From Candidatus Baltobacterales bacterium (GTDB lineage Bacteria; Chloroflexota; Dormibacteria; Dormibacterales; Dormibacteraceae), in contig DATLUC010000031.1 in the NCBI GenBank assembly GCA_035533335.1, positions 45,814-109,813 of the forward strand: a stretch of DNA of 64,000 bases, in the 5' to 3' direction. Both the position numbers and the translations under genes were made by a program. The notes below the pieces were generated by a model. The model was not told the DNA's origin, made no database searches, and saw only the letters and a list, made by a program, of their open reading frames with translations. Positions 9,332-19,574 of this stretch are shown here, piece by piece; positions within the stretch are counted from its first letter, which is position 1, and the number at the start of each line of letters is the position of its first letter.

Positions 9332-10090
9332 TCAGATGTCCGCGAACACCGGAAGGTGGTCTGACGCCCGCACGTTCAGAGTCCAGGCGTGGTGGGGCGG
9401 GGTGGACGCCGCATGGATGTAGATCGCATCGAGCTTCTGGGCGGTCCAATGGGTGCGGCGGATGCCCCTGGTCAGCTCGACCAGGCCCGCCTCATGGGCG
9501 GCCGCGCGCATGCGCCGCCACAGCTGCAGCCGGGGAGGCCCGAACGTGTTGAGGTCTCCCGCGACGATCGTCAGCGGGACCGCGGGTCGAGCGGCCATGT
9601 CGTCTATCACGGTGCGCAGCTGTTGGAGCTTGTGGGTGAATCCGATCACGTCAAGGTGCATCACGTAAACGCGCATCTCGGGCGTTTCCGCCAGGATCGC
9701 GATGCGCCGCTGCGGCTGGATCGCCCGCAGGAGCGTCCGCTCGGCGCGCCTGGTCGCCGCCTCGCCGGGGCTGCTCAGCACCACTATCTCGGGCGGCGCC
9801 GGCCGGAAGAGGTCCCTCCGCCAGACAAGGGCGTTGCCCTGCTCGTGGCCACGGTAGAGCTGAGCGGTGGCCTGGAAGTGTTCGTAACCCTCACCCATCG
9901 CCGCCGCGATGGCGGCGGCGTCCTGCCGTCCACCGTGGACGGACGCCTCCTGGATGCCGAACAGGTCGACGGACCGGAAATCGTGGTGTTTGCGAACCGT
10001 GTCGAGCACGGCGTCGAGGCGGAGTCCCAGCTGGATGTTCCAGGTACAGATGCGCACCTGCTCAGCATGAAGACAATGTACGAATGCCAT
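9332..10090 (-). CDS. Endonuclease/exonuclease/phosphatase (EEP) family protein
   Basis: Motifs TWNIQ, FGIQE, GDLN and SDHLPV. The start is placed at ATG 10090 (MAFVHC) because the longer ORF overlaps the divergent MFS gene. Confidence 0.8.
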   Translation of the reverse strand: MAFVHCLHAEQVRICTWNIQLGLRLDAVLDTVRKHHDFRSVDLFGIQEASVHGGRQDAAAIAAAMGEGYEHFQATAQLYRGHEQGNALVWRRDLFRPAPPEIVVLSSPGEAATRRAERTLLRAIQPQRRIAILAETPEMRVYVMHLDVIGFTHKLQQLRTVIDDMAARPAVPLTIVAGDLNTFGPPRLQLWRRMRAAAHEAGLVELTRGIRRTHWTAQKLDAIYIHAASTPPHHAWTLNVRASDHLPVFADI

Positions 10091-10187
10091 CCACGATCGA
10101 CCTGTCCGGCCTCCGGCGTCCCAGAGATCCGGATCGCGGGGGCGGCCCGGGATGCTGGAGCAATTAATGGTTCGCCAGGACTTCTGA

Positions 10188-11795
10188 GTGGCACAGGAGT
10201 CGAAGCCCCGATCCGCGCCATCGATCTCGGGCGCCCATCGGTGGATCCTCGCGGCCGCCGTGCTCGGGTCGGGCATCGTCTTCCTGGATTCGACGGTGGT
10301 CAACGTCGCGCTGCCTCGCATCGGTCGCGATCTCCCACGCGCGTTTCTCGGTGTGCTGGAAGGCCAGTCCTATGTCTACAACTCGTACCTGCTCACCCTG
10401 AGCTCGCTGCTCATCCTCGGCGGGGCGCTGACCGATTACTACGGGCGCCGGCGGATGTTCCTACTCGGTCTCCTGGGCTTCGGCGTCACTTCCGTGCTGT
10501 GCGGCCTCGCCCCCACGATGGAGACGCTGGTGCTCTTCCGCATCCTGCAGGGCGCGGCGGGCGCGATGCTGGTCCCAGGCTCGATCGCGCTGATCACGGC
10601 CAACTTCTCCGGAGAACAGCGCGGCCGGGCCTTCGGCGTTTGGGCGGGAGCCTCGGGCCTCACCTCCATCCTCGGGCCCCTGGTCGGAGGTGTGCTCGTC
10701 GACATGATCTCGTGGCGCGTCGCCTTCCTGATCAACATTCCGCTCGTCGCCGCCGCGCTGTGGCTCACCTGGAGGCACGTACCCGAGAGCCGCGACGACC
10801 AGGCCTCCTCTCATTTCGACTGGCTCGGAGCGGCGGTCGTCGCCCTGGCCGTCGGAGGGCTGGCGTTTGGCGCGATCTACGGCCAGCAGCGGGCCTGGCG
10901 CGACCCGATCGGCTACCTCGCGCTTGCGCTGGGCGTGCTCGCCACGATTGCGCTGCCCATCCTCATGATCAGGTCGGCCCACCCGCTGATCCCGGTCGGC
11001 CTGTTCCGCTCGCGCAACTTCACCGTCACCAACGTGTCGACACTGCTGATCTATGGATCGCTGTACGTCACCTTCTATTACCTCGCCCTGTTCCAGCAGG
11101 GAACCCTCGGCTACAGCGCGGCGGCCGCGGGTGCGGGCGCCATCCCGGGCTCCCTGTTCCTCATCCTGTTCTCATCCCGCTTCGGCAGCCTGGCCGCGCG
11201 CCTTGGGCCGCGATGGTTCATGGCGACGGGGCCGGTCTTGATGGCGCTCGGGGTGCTCTGGTACAGCCGGGTGCCGCCCGGCAGCGTCGCGTGGCGCCTC
11301 CGCCCCGGCGATGCGTCGAGCTATATCCCGAGCGCGTCGTGGGCCTACGACTTCCTACCCGGTTCGATCCTCTTCGGCGCCGGCCTGTGCATCCTGGTGG
11401 CGCCGTTGACCACGGCTCTCATGACCTCGGTGCCGGTTCGCAACTCGGGTGTCGGCTCGGCCATCAACAACGCGATCTCGCGGGTCGGCCCACAGTTGGC
11501 GGGAGCCCTGGTCTTCGTCTTCTTGACCGCCAACTTCTATTCCTACCTGGGGGCTCGCCTCACCGGCGTCGATGTCTCGTCGACGTCGTTCCGCAACCAG
11601 GTGAGCCCCCTCAACCCGCCGGTCGACCCGCAACTGACCGCGGTCGTGCGAGACGCTTCGACGGCCTCATTTCACCTTGCGATGGTCATCGGCGCAGGCC
11701 TCCTGGTCCTGGGCGCGCTGGTCAATGCGTTCGGCATACGCAATGCGCCCCAAGTCGAGGCGGATGCGTCCAAGGCGCCTTCCGTTTCCGCATAG
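10188..11795 (+). CDS. MFS transporter, DHA2 (EmrB/QacA-like, 14-TM) type
   Basis: 535 aa with a DHA2-like N-terminus (FLDSTVVNVALPRI) and about 14 hydrophobic segments. Confidence 0.85.
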   Translation: MAQESKPRSAPSISGAHRWILAAAVLGSGIVFLDSTVVNVALPRIGRDLPRAFLGVLEGQSYVYNSYLLTLSSLLILGGALTDYYGRRRMFLLGLLGFGVTSVLCGLAPTMETLVLFRILQGAAGAMLVPGSIALITANFSGEQRGRAFGVWAGASGLTSILGPLVGGVLVDMISWRVAFLINIPLVAAALWLTWRHVPESRDDQASSHFDWLGAAVVALAVGGLAFGAIYGQQRAWRDPIGYLALALGVLATIALPILMIRSAHPLIPVGLFRSRNFTVTNVSTLLIYGSLYVTFYYLALFQQGTLGYSAAAAGAGAIPGSLFLILFSSRFGSLAARLGPRWFMATGPVLMALGVLWYSRVPPGSVAWRLRPGDASSYIPSASWAYDFLPGSILFGAGLCILVAPLTTALMTSVPVRNSGVGSAINNAISRVGPQLAGALVFVFLTANFYSYLGARLTGVDVSSTSFRNQVSPLNPPVDPQLTAVVRDASTASFHLAMVIGAGLLVLGALVNAFGIRNAPQVEADASKAPSVSA

Positions 11796-11805
11796 ACTGC
11801 GGGCC

Positions 11806-13368
11806 ATGATCTTCAAGAGCCCTCACCCGGATGTGACCATCCCCGACTCGGCGCTCACGCCGTTCGTGTTCGACAAGGCCCAGCGCCTGAGCGACAAGAT
11901 TGCAATCGTCGAGGCGGTAAGTGGCCGCTCGTACACGTACGGCCGGCTGTCGGACGGCGTCCAGCGGCTCGCCGCGGGTCTGGCGGCCCGCGGGTTCCAC
12001 AAGGGCGACGTGCTGGCGATCATGTCCCCTAACCTGCCCGAGTACCCGATCGCCTTTCACGGCGTCGCGACGGCGGGCGGCGTCAACACGACCCTCAACC
12101 CAACCTACACTGCGGACGAGATCGCTTTTCAGCTCAACGACTCGCGCGCCCGCCTGTTGATCACGATTCCGCCTCTGGTGGGCAAGGCCCAGGAGGCTGC
12201 GGCCAAGTCGATGGTGGAGGAGATCATCGTGTTCGGCGAGGTCGAGGGTGCGGTTCCCTTCGAATCGCTGCTCGCTGATGGGCCGGCGCCCAAGGTCGAC
12301 ATCGACCCTGCAGAGGACCTGATCGCGTTGCCCTACTCGAGCGGCACCACCGGATTCTCCAAGGGCGTGATGCTCACGCATCGCAACCTGGTGGCGAACC
12401 TGGTGCAGATCAGTGGATGCATCCAGATCGCAGAAGACGAAAAGCTCATGGCATTCCTGCCTTTCTTCCACATCTACGGCATGACCGTGATCATGAACGC
12501 GGGCCTGCGCGCCGGCGCCACGCTGGTCACCATGGCGCGTTTCGAGCTGGAACCATCCCTCAAGGCGGTGCAGGACTATGGCGTGACGCGTTTCTTTCTC
12601 GTCCCGCCGGTCGTCGTGGCTCTCGCCAAGAGCCCCGTGGTCGACAGCTACGACCTGTCTTCCATCACGCGCGCTTTCTCCGGCGCGGCGCCTCTCGATG
12701 CGCAGACGGCCATGGCTGTCAGCCGGCGGATCGGCTGTCGGCTCTCCCAGGGCTACGGCCTCACCGAGACAAGCCCTGCAAGCCACGTCGTTCCCGATGA
12801 CTTTGCCGAAGTCGTCCCTGGCTCGGTGGGCCCCACAGTCGCCAACACCGAATGCAAGATCGTCGACGTCGCGACCGGACACGAGCTCGATCGCAACCAG
12901 GACGGCGAGATTTGGATCAAGGGCCCCCAGGTGATGAAGGGCTACCTCAACAACCCGGACGCGACGAAGTCATCGATCGATGCGGACGGCTTCTTTCACA
13001 CCGGTGACATCGGCCACATCGACGATCGCGACGAGTACTTCATCGTCGACCGGCTCAAAGAGCTCATCAAGTACAAGGGCTTCCAGGTGGCGCCGGCCGA
13101 GCTGGAGGCGCTGCTCCTCTCTCACCCCAAGGTCGCCGACGTCGCGGTCATCGGCGTGCGGGACGAGGAGGGGGAGGAGGTTCCCAAAGCCTTCGTGGTG
13201 CTCAAAGAGCCGGTGACGCCGGAAGAGCTGATGGAGTTCGTGGCCTCACGCGTCGCCCCGCACAAGAAGGTCAGGCGCGTGGAGATCGTCGAGCAGATCC
13301 CGAAATCGCCCACCGGCAAGATCCTGAGGCGCGTGCTGCGTGACAGGGAAAAGGCCGGAGCCGCCTAA
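11806..13368 (+). CDS. AMP-dependent acyl-CoA ligase (4-coumarate-CoA ligase / long-chain acyl-CoA synthetase-like)
   Basis: AMP-binding motifs YSSGTTGFSKGV, GYGLTE, TGD and PKSPTGKILRR. The start is ATG 11806 (MIFKSPHPD). Confidence 0.9.
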   Translation: MIFKSPHPDVTIPDSALTPFVFDKAQRLSDKIAIVEAVSGRSYTYGRLSDGVQRLAAGLAARGFHKGDVLAIMSPNLPEYPIAFHGVATAGGVNTTLNPTYTADEIAFQLNDSRARLLITIPPLVGKAQEAAAKSMVEEIIVFGEVEGAVPFESLLADGPAPKVDIDPAEDLIALPYSSGTTGFSKGVMLTHRNLVANLVQISGCIQIAEDEKLMAFLPFFHIYGMTVIMNAGLRAGATLVTMARFELEPSLKAVQDYGVTRFFLVPPVVVALAKSPVVDSYDLSSITRAFSGAAPLDAQTAMAVSRRIGCRLSQGYGLTETSPASHVVPDDFAEVVPGSVGPTVANTECKIVDVATGHELDRNQDGEIWIKGPQVMKGYLNNPDATKSSIDADGFFHTGDIGHIDDRDEYFIVDRLKELIKYKGFQVAPAELEALLLSHPKVADVAVIGVRDEEGEEVPKAFVVLKEPVTPEELMEFVASRVAPHKKVRRVEIVEQIPKSPTGKILRRVLRDREKAGAA

Positions 13369-13388
13369 CCCGGCGTTACAACTTCGAG

Positions 13389-13925
13389 ATGGCGACGGTC
13401 GAGCGTTACGGCCCCGGTGAGGAGGCCAGCAATTTCTCCGGTGGGGATTTCATCCTGGCCCACCGGCACAACCCGATCGCAGGTCTGATCAGCCAGGCCG
13501 AGAAGAGACGGTTCCACGGCTCCGACGCAGCGTTTGCGCACTGGACCCATGCCGCGGTCGTGGTCGCCACCGATGGATCGCTGGTCGAAGCCGAGACGGC
13601 GGGGGTGAAGCGTAGCCCGATCTCGAGGTATCGAGATGACGAATACCATCTTGTCAGGCTGGGTTCTGGGTTCGATGCCGCCGGCCGTTCGCGGGCGGTG
13701 GCCTACGCGGAGGGACAGGTCGGCCAGGCTTTCGGGTTCCTCGACCTCTTCGGCGCCACCCTGTACCTGCTGTTCGGATGGCCCCTGCGCCTGATGCGGC
13801 GCAACCATCAGATCTGCTCCACGCTGGTCGTGCATGCGCTGCAGCAGGGCGGCCAGGCGGCTGACCTCGACCCACCGTTGACCCTGCCCGCGGATCTCGC
13901 GAAGCTGTACGACGCCCGGCCTTGA
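13389..13925 (+). CDS. Hypothetical protein, possibly a permuted papain-fold (YiiX/DUF830-like) hydrolase
   Basis: 178 aa with a His-containing N-terminal segment (FILAHRH, HWTHAAVV) and a later ICSTLV. The family assignment is from memory of the motif order only. Confidence 0.4.
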   Translation: MATVERYGPGEEASNFSGGDFILAHRHNPIAGLISQAEKRRFHGSDAAFAHWTHAAVVVATDGSLVEAETAGVKRSPISRYRDDEYHLVRLGSGFDAAGRSRAVAYAEGQVGQAFGFLDLFGATLYLLFGWPLRLMRRNHQICSTLVVHALQQGGQAADLDPPLTLPADLAKLYDARP

Positions 13926-13946
13926 CGTGTCTACGATGAGGCTCGG

Positions 13947-14657
13947 ATGGCGAACGTGATCGACCGCAAGCGGCTGCAGCAGATGGTCGCCGCCGGCGCG
14001 CAGCTCGTCGAGGTGCTCCCGGCCAAGGAGTACGCCGAGGACCACCTGCCCGGCGCTGTCAGCCATCCGCTCCGCCAGCTGGAAAAGGAGTCCGCCCAGA
14101 TCGACCGCAACCGCCCCGTCATCGTGTACTGCTGGGATGCTGCTTGAGACCTGGCACCCAGGGCCGCGGCGCGGCTCGAGGCGATGGGATTCCGGGAGAT
14201 CCACGAGTACAGGGCCGGCAAGCTCGACTGGCTTGCGGCAGGCCTGCCGACCGAAGGCGACAACTCTCAACGGCCGCGTGCCGCCACGGCGGCGCGCAAA
14301 GACGTGCCTACCTGCGGACCGGATGAGCGCCTGGGGGACGTTCGCGCGCGATCCGAAGCGGCGCGATGGGCCGCCACTGTCGTGGTGGACGACATCGGCG
14401 TTGTGCTCGGGCTGTTGCGCGCCAAAGAGCTCGCGATGGGAGATGACCTCCGGGTCGCCGAGGCGATGCGGCCGGGGCCGAGCACCTTCCGCCCTTACGT
14501 CCCCATCAAGGAGATGGCGGATTACATGACCCACCACAACCTCGAGAGCGCGCCGGTGACAACCTCCGACGGCAAGCTGGTGGGACTGCTCCTGCGCTCC
14601 GAAGCAATCGACCTCGCCGCCGGCTGCGACGACTGTGCCCGCAAGATGATCAGCTAG
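13947..14657 (+). CDS. Rhodanese domain + CBS-pair protein interrupted by one in-frame TGA (14145-14147); candidate selenoprotein, or else a pseudogene
   Basis: Track ORFs 13947..14147 and 14184..14657 are in the same frame, separated only by one TGA. Read-through gives VIVYCWDAA-[TGA]-DLAPRAAARLEAMGFREIHEYRAGKLDWLAAGLPTEG (rhodanese), followed by two CBS motifs. Confidence 0.6.
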
Positions 14658-14836
14658 CGGGTAATCCTGCCGCGACAATCTCGTAACGCCGTCGCGCGCG
14701 CGCCTGCTTGCGGATCAGCCGGTGCGGGGTCTGAGATCCACCGCCGGCGTGGCCGGACGTGGGCGGGACCGCGAACGCGATCATAAACCGCGCTCAAGCG
14801 CCTCACCGTCCTGCCGCCACTCGGTAAGGTGTTCAC

Positions 14837-16264
14837 GTGGCTGAGCACGAGATCGGGATCATCGGCCTCGCCACGATGGGCCAGAACCTGGCCCGCAACC
14901 TGGCTTCGCACGGCGTCCGGGTGGCCATCTACAACCGGACCCGGAAGCGGACCGATGAGTTCATGGCCTCGCACGGTGGCGAAGGAGAGTTCAAGCCGGC
15001 GGGATCCCTGGAGGAGCTGGCAGCCCTGCTCCAGCCGCCGCGCGCGATCCTGCTCATGGTCAAGGCCGGCGCGCCGGTTGACGATGCGATCGATGAGCTG
15101 GTCAACGTGCTGAAGCCCGGCGACACGATCATCGATGGCGGCAACTCGCTGTTCCACGACACGCGCCGCCGAGCCGCCGCAGTCGAAAAACGCGGCCTCG
15201 GCTATATCGGCGCGGGCGTGTCGGGTGGGGAGGAGGGAGCGCTCCTCGGGCCGAGCATCATGCCCGGCGGCACCCTCGAGTCATATGCGCGCGTGCAGGA
15301 GATGCTGACGGCGATTGCGGCCAAGGTCGATGGCGTGCCGTGCTGCACTTACATCGGGCCTGACGGCGCCGGACATTTCGTGAAGATGGTCCACAACGGG
15401 ATCGAGTACGCGGACATCCAGCTCATCGCGGAAACCTACGATCTCCTTCGGCAATGCCTCGGGCTCCCGGCCGGCGAGCTGGCCGCGCTCTTCGCCGAAT
15501 GGAACAGGGGACGGCTGCAGTCCTACCTGATCGAGATCACCTCCCACGTGCTGGCCAAGCGGGATGGCGCCACCCAGGATGCCCTGGTCGACGCGATCGT
15601 GGACGAGGCAGAGCAGAAAGGAACAGGGAGATGGACCAGCGAGTCGGCGCTCGAGCTCGGCGTGCCCCTGACCGGGATCACGGAGGCGGTGTTCGCGCGG
15701 GCGCTGTCCAGTCAGAAGCAGCAGCGCGTCAAGGCGGCGCGGGTCCTGGCCGGCCCGGGTCCATCGAAAGCGCCGGGCGGGCTCGTCGACGACGTTCAAG
15801 AGGCCCTCTATGCAGCCAAAATCGTTGCTTACGCTCAGGGCTTCGAGCATCTCGCCGCAGGCTCGCGCGAGTTCGGTTGGAACCTCGACATGGGCGCCCT
15901 GGCGACCATCTGGCGAGGGGGTTGCATCATCCGCGCCCAGTTCCTCGATCGGATCAAGGACGCATATGCGCGCACGCCCGATCTCCAGAACCTCATGCTC
16001 GACCCGTTCTTCCAGCAGGCTCTCGAGGCCGCACAGCCCGCGTGGCGTAGGGTCGTCAAGACCGCGGTGGACCAGGGCGTTCCGATCCCTGCCTTCGCCT
16101 CTTCTCTCGCTTACTACGACGGGTACCGGCGCGAGCGCGGCCCCGCAAACCTCATCCAGGGGTTGCGCGATTACTTCGGGGCCCACACTTATCACCGCAC
16201 CGACCGCGAGGGCGCCTATCACACGCGGTGGGCGCAGGATGGAACCGAGGTCCGGACCGACTAA
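14837..16264 (+). CDS. gnd: 6-phosphogluconate dehydrogenase (decarboxylating)
   Basis: 475 aa with IGIIGLATMGQNLARN (Rossmann) and a full-length Gnd-like sequence. GTG start. Confidence 0.95.
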   Translation: MAEHEIGIIGLATMGQNLARNLASHGVRVAIYNRTRKRTDEFMASHGGEGEFKPAGSLEELAALLQPPRAILLMVKAGAPVDDAIDELVNVLKPGDTIIDGGNSLFHDTRRRAAAVEKRGLGYIGAGVSGGEEGALLGPSIMPGGTLESYARVQEMLTAIAAKVDGVPCCTYIGPDGAGHFVKMVHNGIEYADIQLIAETYDLLRQCLGLPAGELAALFAEWNRGRLQSYLIEITSHVLAKRDGATQDALVDAIVDEAEQKGTGRWTSESALELGVPLTGITEAVFARALSSQKQQRVKAARVLAGPGPSKAPGGLVDDVQEALYAAKIVAYAQGFEHLAAGSREFGWNLDMGALATIWRGGCIIRAQFLDRIKDAYARTPDLQNLMLDPFFQQALEAAQPAWRRVVKTAVDQGVPIPAFASSLAYYDGYRRERGPANLIQGLRDYFGAHTYHRTDREGAYHTRWAQDGTEVRTD

Positions 16265-16678
16265 CGAGGCACCGGCTCGTGGTGAAGCATCTTCATCACC
16301 GCCGCATAGAGCGCCGTCGCGATGATGAGCCAGAGCGCCAGCGCCAGGACCAGGGTCGCGCCCACGCCGAGGTGCCCGACCAGCACGAAGACGGAAGTCG
16401 CGAACGCCACCATTGCCAGGGCCCCGAGAACGGCCCCTTCCGAATCGATGGCCGCCTCGGTCTTACCGGCCCGCTTCTGGATCAGCGTGAGCGAGGCGGG
16501 GAGGATGGCGGGAAAATCCCAGGAAGACGCCGCCCGCCCTTGTGCCGAATTTCAGCCCGATCAGCCCGGCCACCAGCGAGATGGCCGCCCCGAATCCAAA
16601 GCGCACCACATAGTCCTTGAAGGAGTGCTTTCGGACCTCGCCGGGCTGGACCCGCGGGATCACGCCAACAAGGCTCAT
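16261..16678 (-). pseudogene. DUF3147-family membrane protein with a 1-nt frameshift in a T4 run (plus-strand A4 at 16513-16516)
   Basis: The frame from ATG 16678 reads MSLVGVIPRVQPGEVRKHSFKDYVVRFGFGAAISLVAGLIGLKFGTRAGGVFLGF, then goes out of frame. Removing one T restores PAILPASLTLIQKRAGKTEAAIDSEGAVLGALAMVAF... through to TAG at 16261-16263. Confidence 0.6.
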
Positions 16679-17019
16679 CGCAAGAAGAACCAGAACAACG
16701 CGCCGGCTGGGACCAGCCACGCCACCCAAGCGAGCACGCTTCCGGCGGCCGCGCCCACGCGCTCGACCAGGAAGGCGGCGGCCACGCTGTAGACGACCAG
16801 CCCGCACGCGCCGGCGATCATCCCGGCCGCGGACTGATGGACCTTGGCGGGACCCATCGCCAGGCCGGAGACCAGAAGGCTTGCCGCCGCCACCGAAGGG
16901 GCGGCCGAGAAGAGGCCGGCGAACATCTTGGGTTTGAGAATGTCGCTGACCATCGCGAACGCGACCACCAGCGCTCCGCCCGCCACTGCGCGGACGACGA
17001 GCAGGAGGATGGTACTCAA
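16675..17019 (-). CDS. DUF3147-family membrane protein
   Basis: The hydrophobic sequence STILLLVVRAVAGGALVVAFAMVSDILKPKMFAGLFSAAP... is 114 aa if it starts at TTG 17019. That TTG overlaps the topoisomerase stop (TTGA). Its own stop overlaps the next ATG (ATGA). Confidence 0.55.
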   Translation of the reverse strand: MSTILLLVVRAVAGGALVVAFAMVSDILKPKMFAGLFSAAPSVAAASLLVSGLAMGPAKVHQSAAGMIAGACGLVVYSVAAAFLVERVGAAAGSVLAWVAWLVPAGALFWFFLR

Positions 17020-18185
17020 CCGGCTCGGCGGAGGTGACTCGCCAGCGACGCCGCCTTGGATACCTTGCGCGTCGCGGCGCGTCTGAGCAGCCTCAGCGCT
17101 GCACCCTCGTCGGCGCGCAGCATCGGCGGGGTCGAAGCGCTGCCCTCTACGAGCACCGATTCGAGAGACCCATTCAGGTATGTCTCGATCACGGCAGGGT
17201 GGACGTAAGACCGCCGGCAGATCGCGCGCGTGTGCCCGAGCTTGCCGGCCACGGCGTCCACGGCCGCAACCACGTTTCGCCTTCCGTCCGTCTCGGATTC
17301 GAATCCCACCAGCTCCCGCAGCGCGCAGGTGGCGAGCACCGTGGCGGCCCACGTTCGGAAATCCTTGGCCGTGAAATCTTCGCCGCTCGCTTCGCGCAGA
17401 TACTGGTTGACGTCGTCGGACGTGACATTACGGCGAGTGCCGGACTCGTCGATGTACTGGAAGAGATGCTGTCCGGGGAGCTCGTCGCATCGCTTCACCA
17501 CGCGCGCGACGCGCGGGTTGGTCACGCCCACCTCGACTGGGCGCCCGCTCTTGCCCCTGAAGACAAAGCGGATGGTCGCACCCCTGACCTTCACGTGCCG
17601 GCTGCGAAGGGTGGTCAGACCGAAGGAGCCGTTCTGCTGCGCGTACTCCTCGTTGCCGATGCGAACGAACGTGGTTTCCAGAAGCTTGACGATGGTCGCG
17701 ACCACTTTCTCTCGGGGGAGGCCCCTGCGGCGCAGGTCGCGGGCCACCCGCCTGCGGATGCGCGGCAGCACCCTGGCGAAGCCGACCATCCGGCCGAACT
17801 TGTTCTCATCGCGAACCTCTCGCCAGCGGGGGTGGTAGCGGTGCTGCTTGCGGCCGCGCGCGTCGCGGCCGGTCGCCTGGAGGTGGCCGCGCGGACGCGT
17901 GGTGATCCACACGTGCTCCCAGGCAGATGGGATGGCCAGCGAACGGATGCGCTCGAGCGTCTGGCGGTCGCGCACGACCTTGCCTTCGGGATCGGTGTAG
18001 ACGAAGCCTCTGCCCTTGCGGGATCGCCTCAGGCCTGGCTCGAGGTCCGAGGCATAGGTGAGGCCTGCTTGCCTGGCGGCCTCTGCGCCGTCAGGTGGCC
18101 GCGTCAGGCCGCGGCCGGCGGCGTGGCTCCCGGGCCGCCCCATGTCGACTCGAGCGTGACCTGGAGCGTTCGTTTGCGTGCCCAC
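17016..18185 (-). CDS. DNA topoisomerase IB (poxvirus-like bacterial type)
   Basis: 389 aa with conserved TopIB blocks (YHPRWREVRDENKF, TTLRSRHV, FRGKSG, TAKDFRTWAAT, HTRAICRRSYVHP with the catalytic Tyr context). The start may be the internal ATG at 18143. Confidence 0.85.
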   Translation of the reverse strand: MGTQTNAPGHARVDMGRPGSHAAGRGLTRPPDGAEAARQAGLTYASDLEPGLRRSRKGRGFVYTDPEGKVVRDRQTLERIRSLAIPSAWEHVWITTRPRGHLQATGRDARGRKQHRYHPRWREVRDENKFGRMVGFARVLPRIRRRVARDLRRRGLPREKVVATIVKLLETTFVRIGNEEYAQQNGSFGLTTLRSRHVKVRGATIRFVFRGKSGRPVEVGVTNPRVARVVKRCDELPGQHLFQYIDESGTRRNVTSDDVNQYLREASGEDFTAKDFRTWAATVLATCALRELVGFESETDGRRNVVAAVDAVAGKLGHTRAICRRSYVHPAVIETYLNGSLESVLVEGSASTPPMLRADEGAALRLLRRAATRKVSKAASLASHLRRAG

Positions 18186-18351
18186 AGGCGAACGATCAGG
18201 TCCTCGCGCGAGGTCGCCTCATCGCAGGGAAGACCGAGCTGCCGCAGGTTGGCCTGCACCTCGACGGGGATCGCCTCATCGCAGCGGTGAGGCCGCGCGA
18301 CCCGGGAGATGACCTGGCCGACCTGGATCAGCATCAGCTCTTGTTCGCTCA
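18104..18351 (-). CDS. Small hypothetical protein with an HeH/SAP/Rho_N-like motif
   Basis: The internal ATG at 18351 gives MSEQELMLIQVGQVISRVARPHRCDEAIPVEVQANLRQLGLPCDEATSREDLIVRLWA... It lies between kbl and the topoisomerase, and its 3' end overlaps the annotated topoisomerase start. Confidence 0.3.
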
Positions 18352-18380
18352 TTACCCCGAGAACGCGCGGGGGCGCGACG

Positions 18381-19571
<1,191 letters not shown>

Positions 19572-19574
19572 TGC

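Noticed and set aside
9389-11809. Very long ORFs such as 9389..11809 (806 aa). Others include 13365..14678, 26445..27887, 57547..58587, 58375..59808, 51693..52747, 42211..42867 and 32156..32765.
   Set aside because: They are Arg/Pro/Gly/Ala-rich, lack any recognisable motif, and lie antisense to or out of frame with genes that have clear family signatures. This is the usual consequence of stop-codon scarcity in GC-rich DNA.
14150-14162. Hairpin CCUGG-CAC-CCAGG immediately after the rhodanese TGA as the SECIS element
   Set aside because: It starts only 2 nt after the UGA and has a 3-nt loop without G. The second hairpin (14161-14177) fits the expected spacing and loop better. In GC-rich DNA such short stems also arise by chance.
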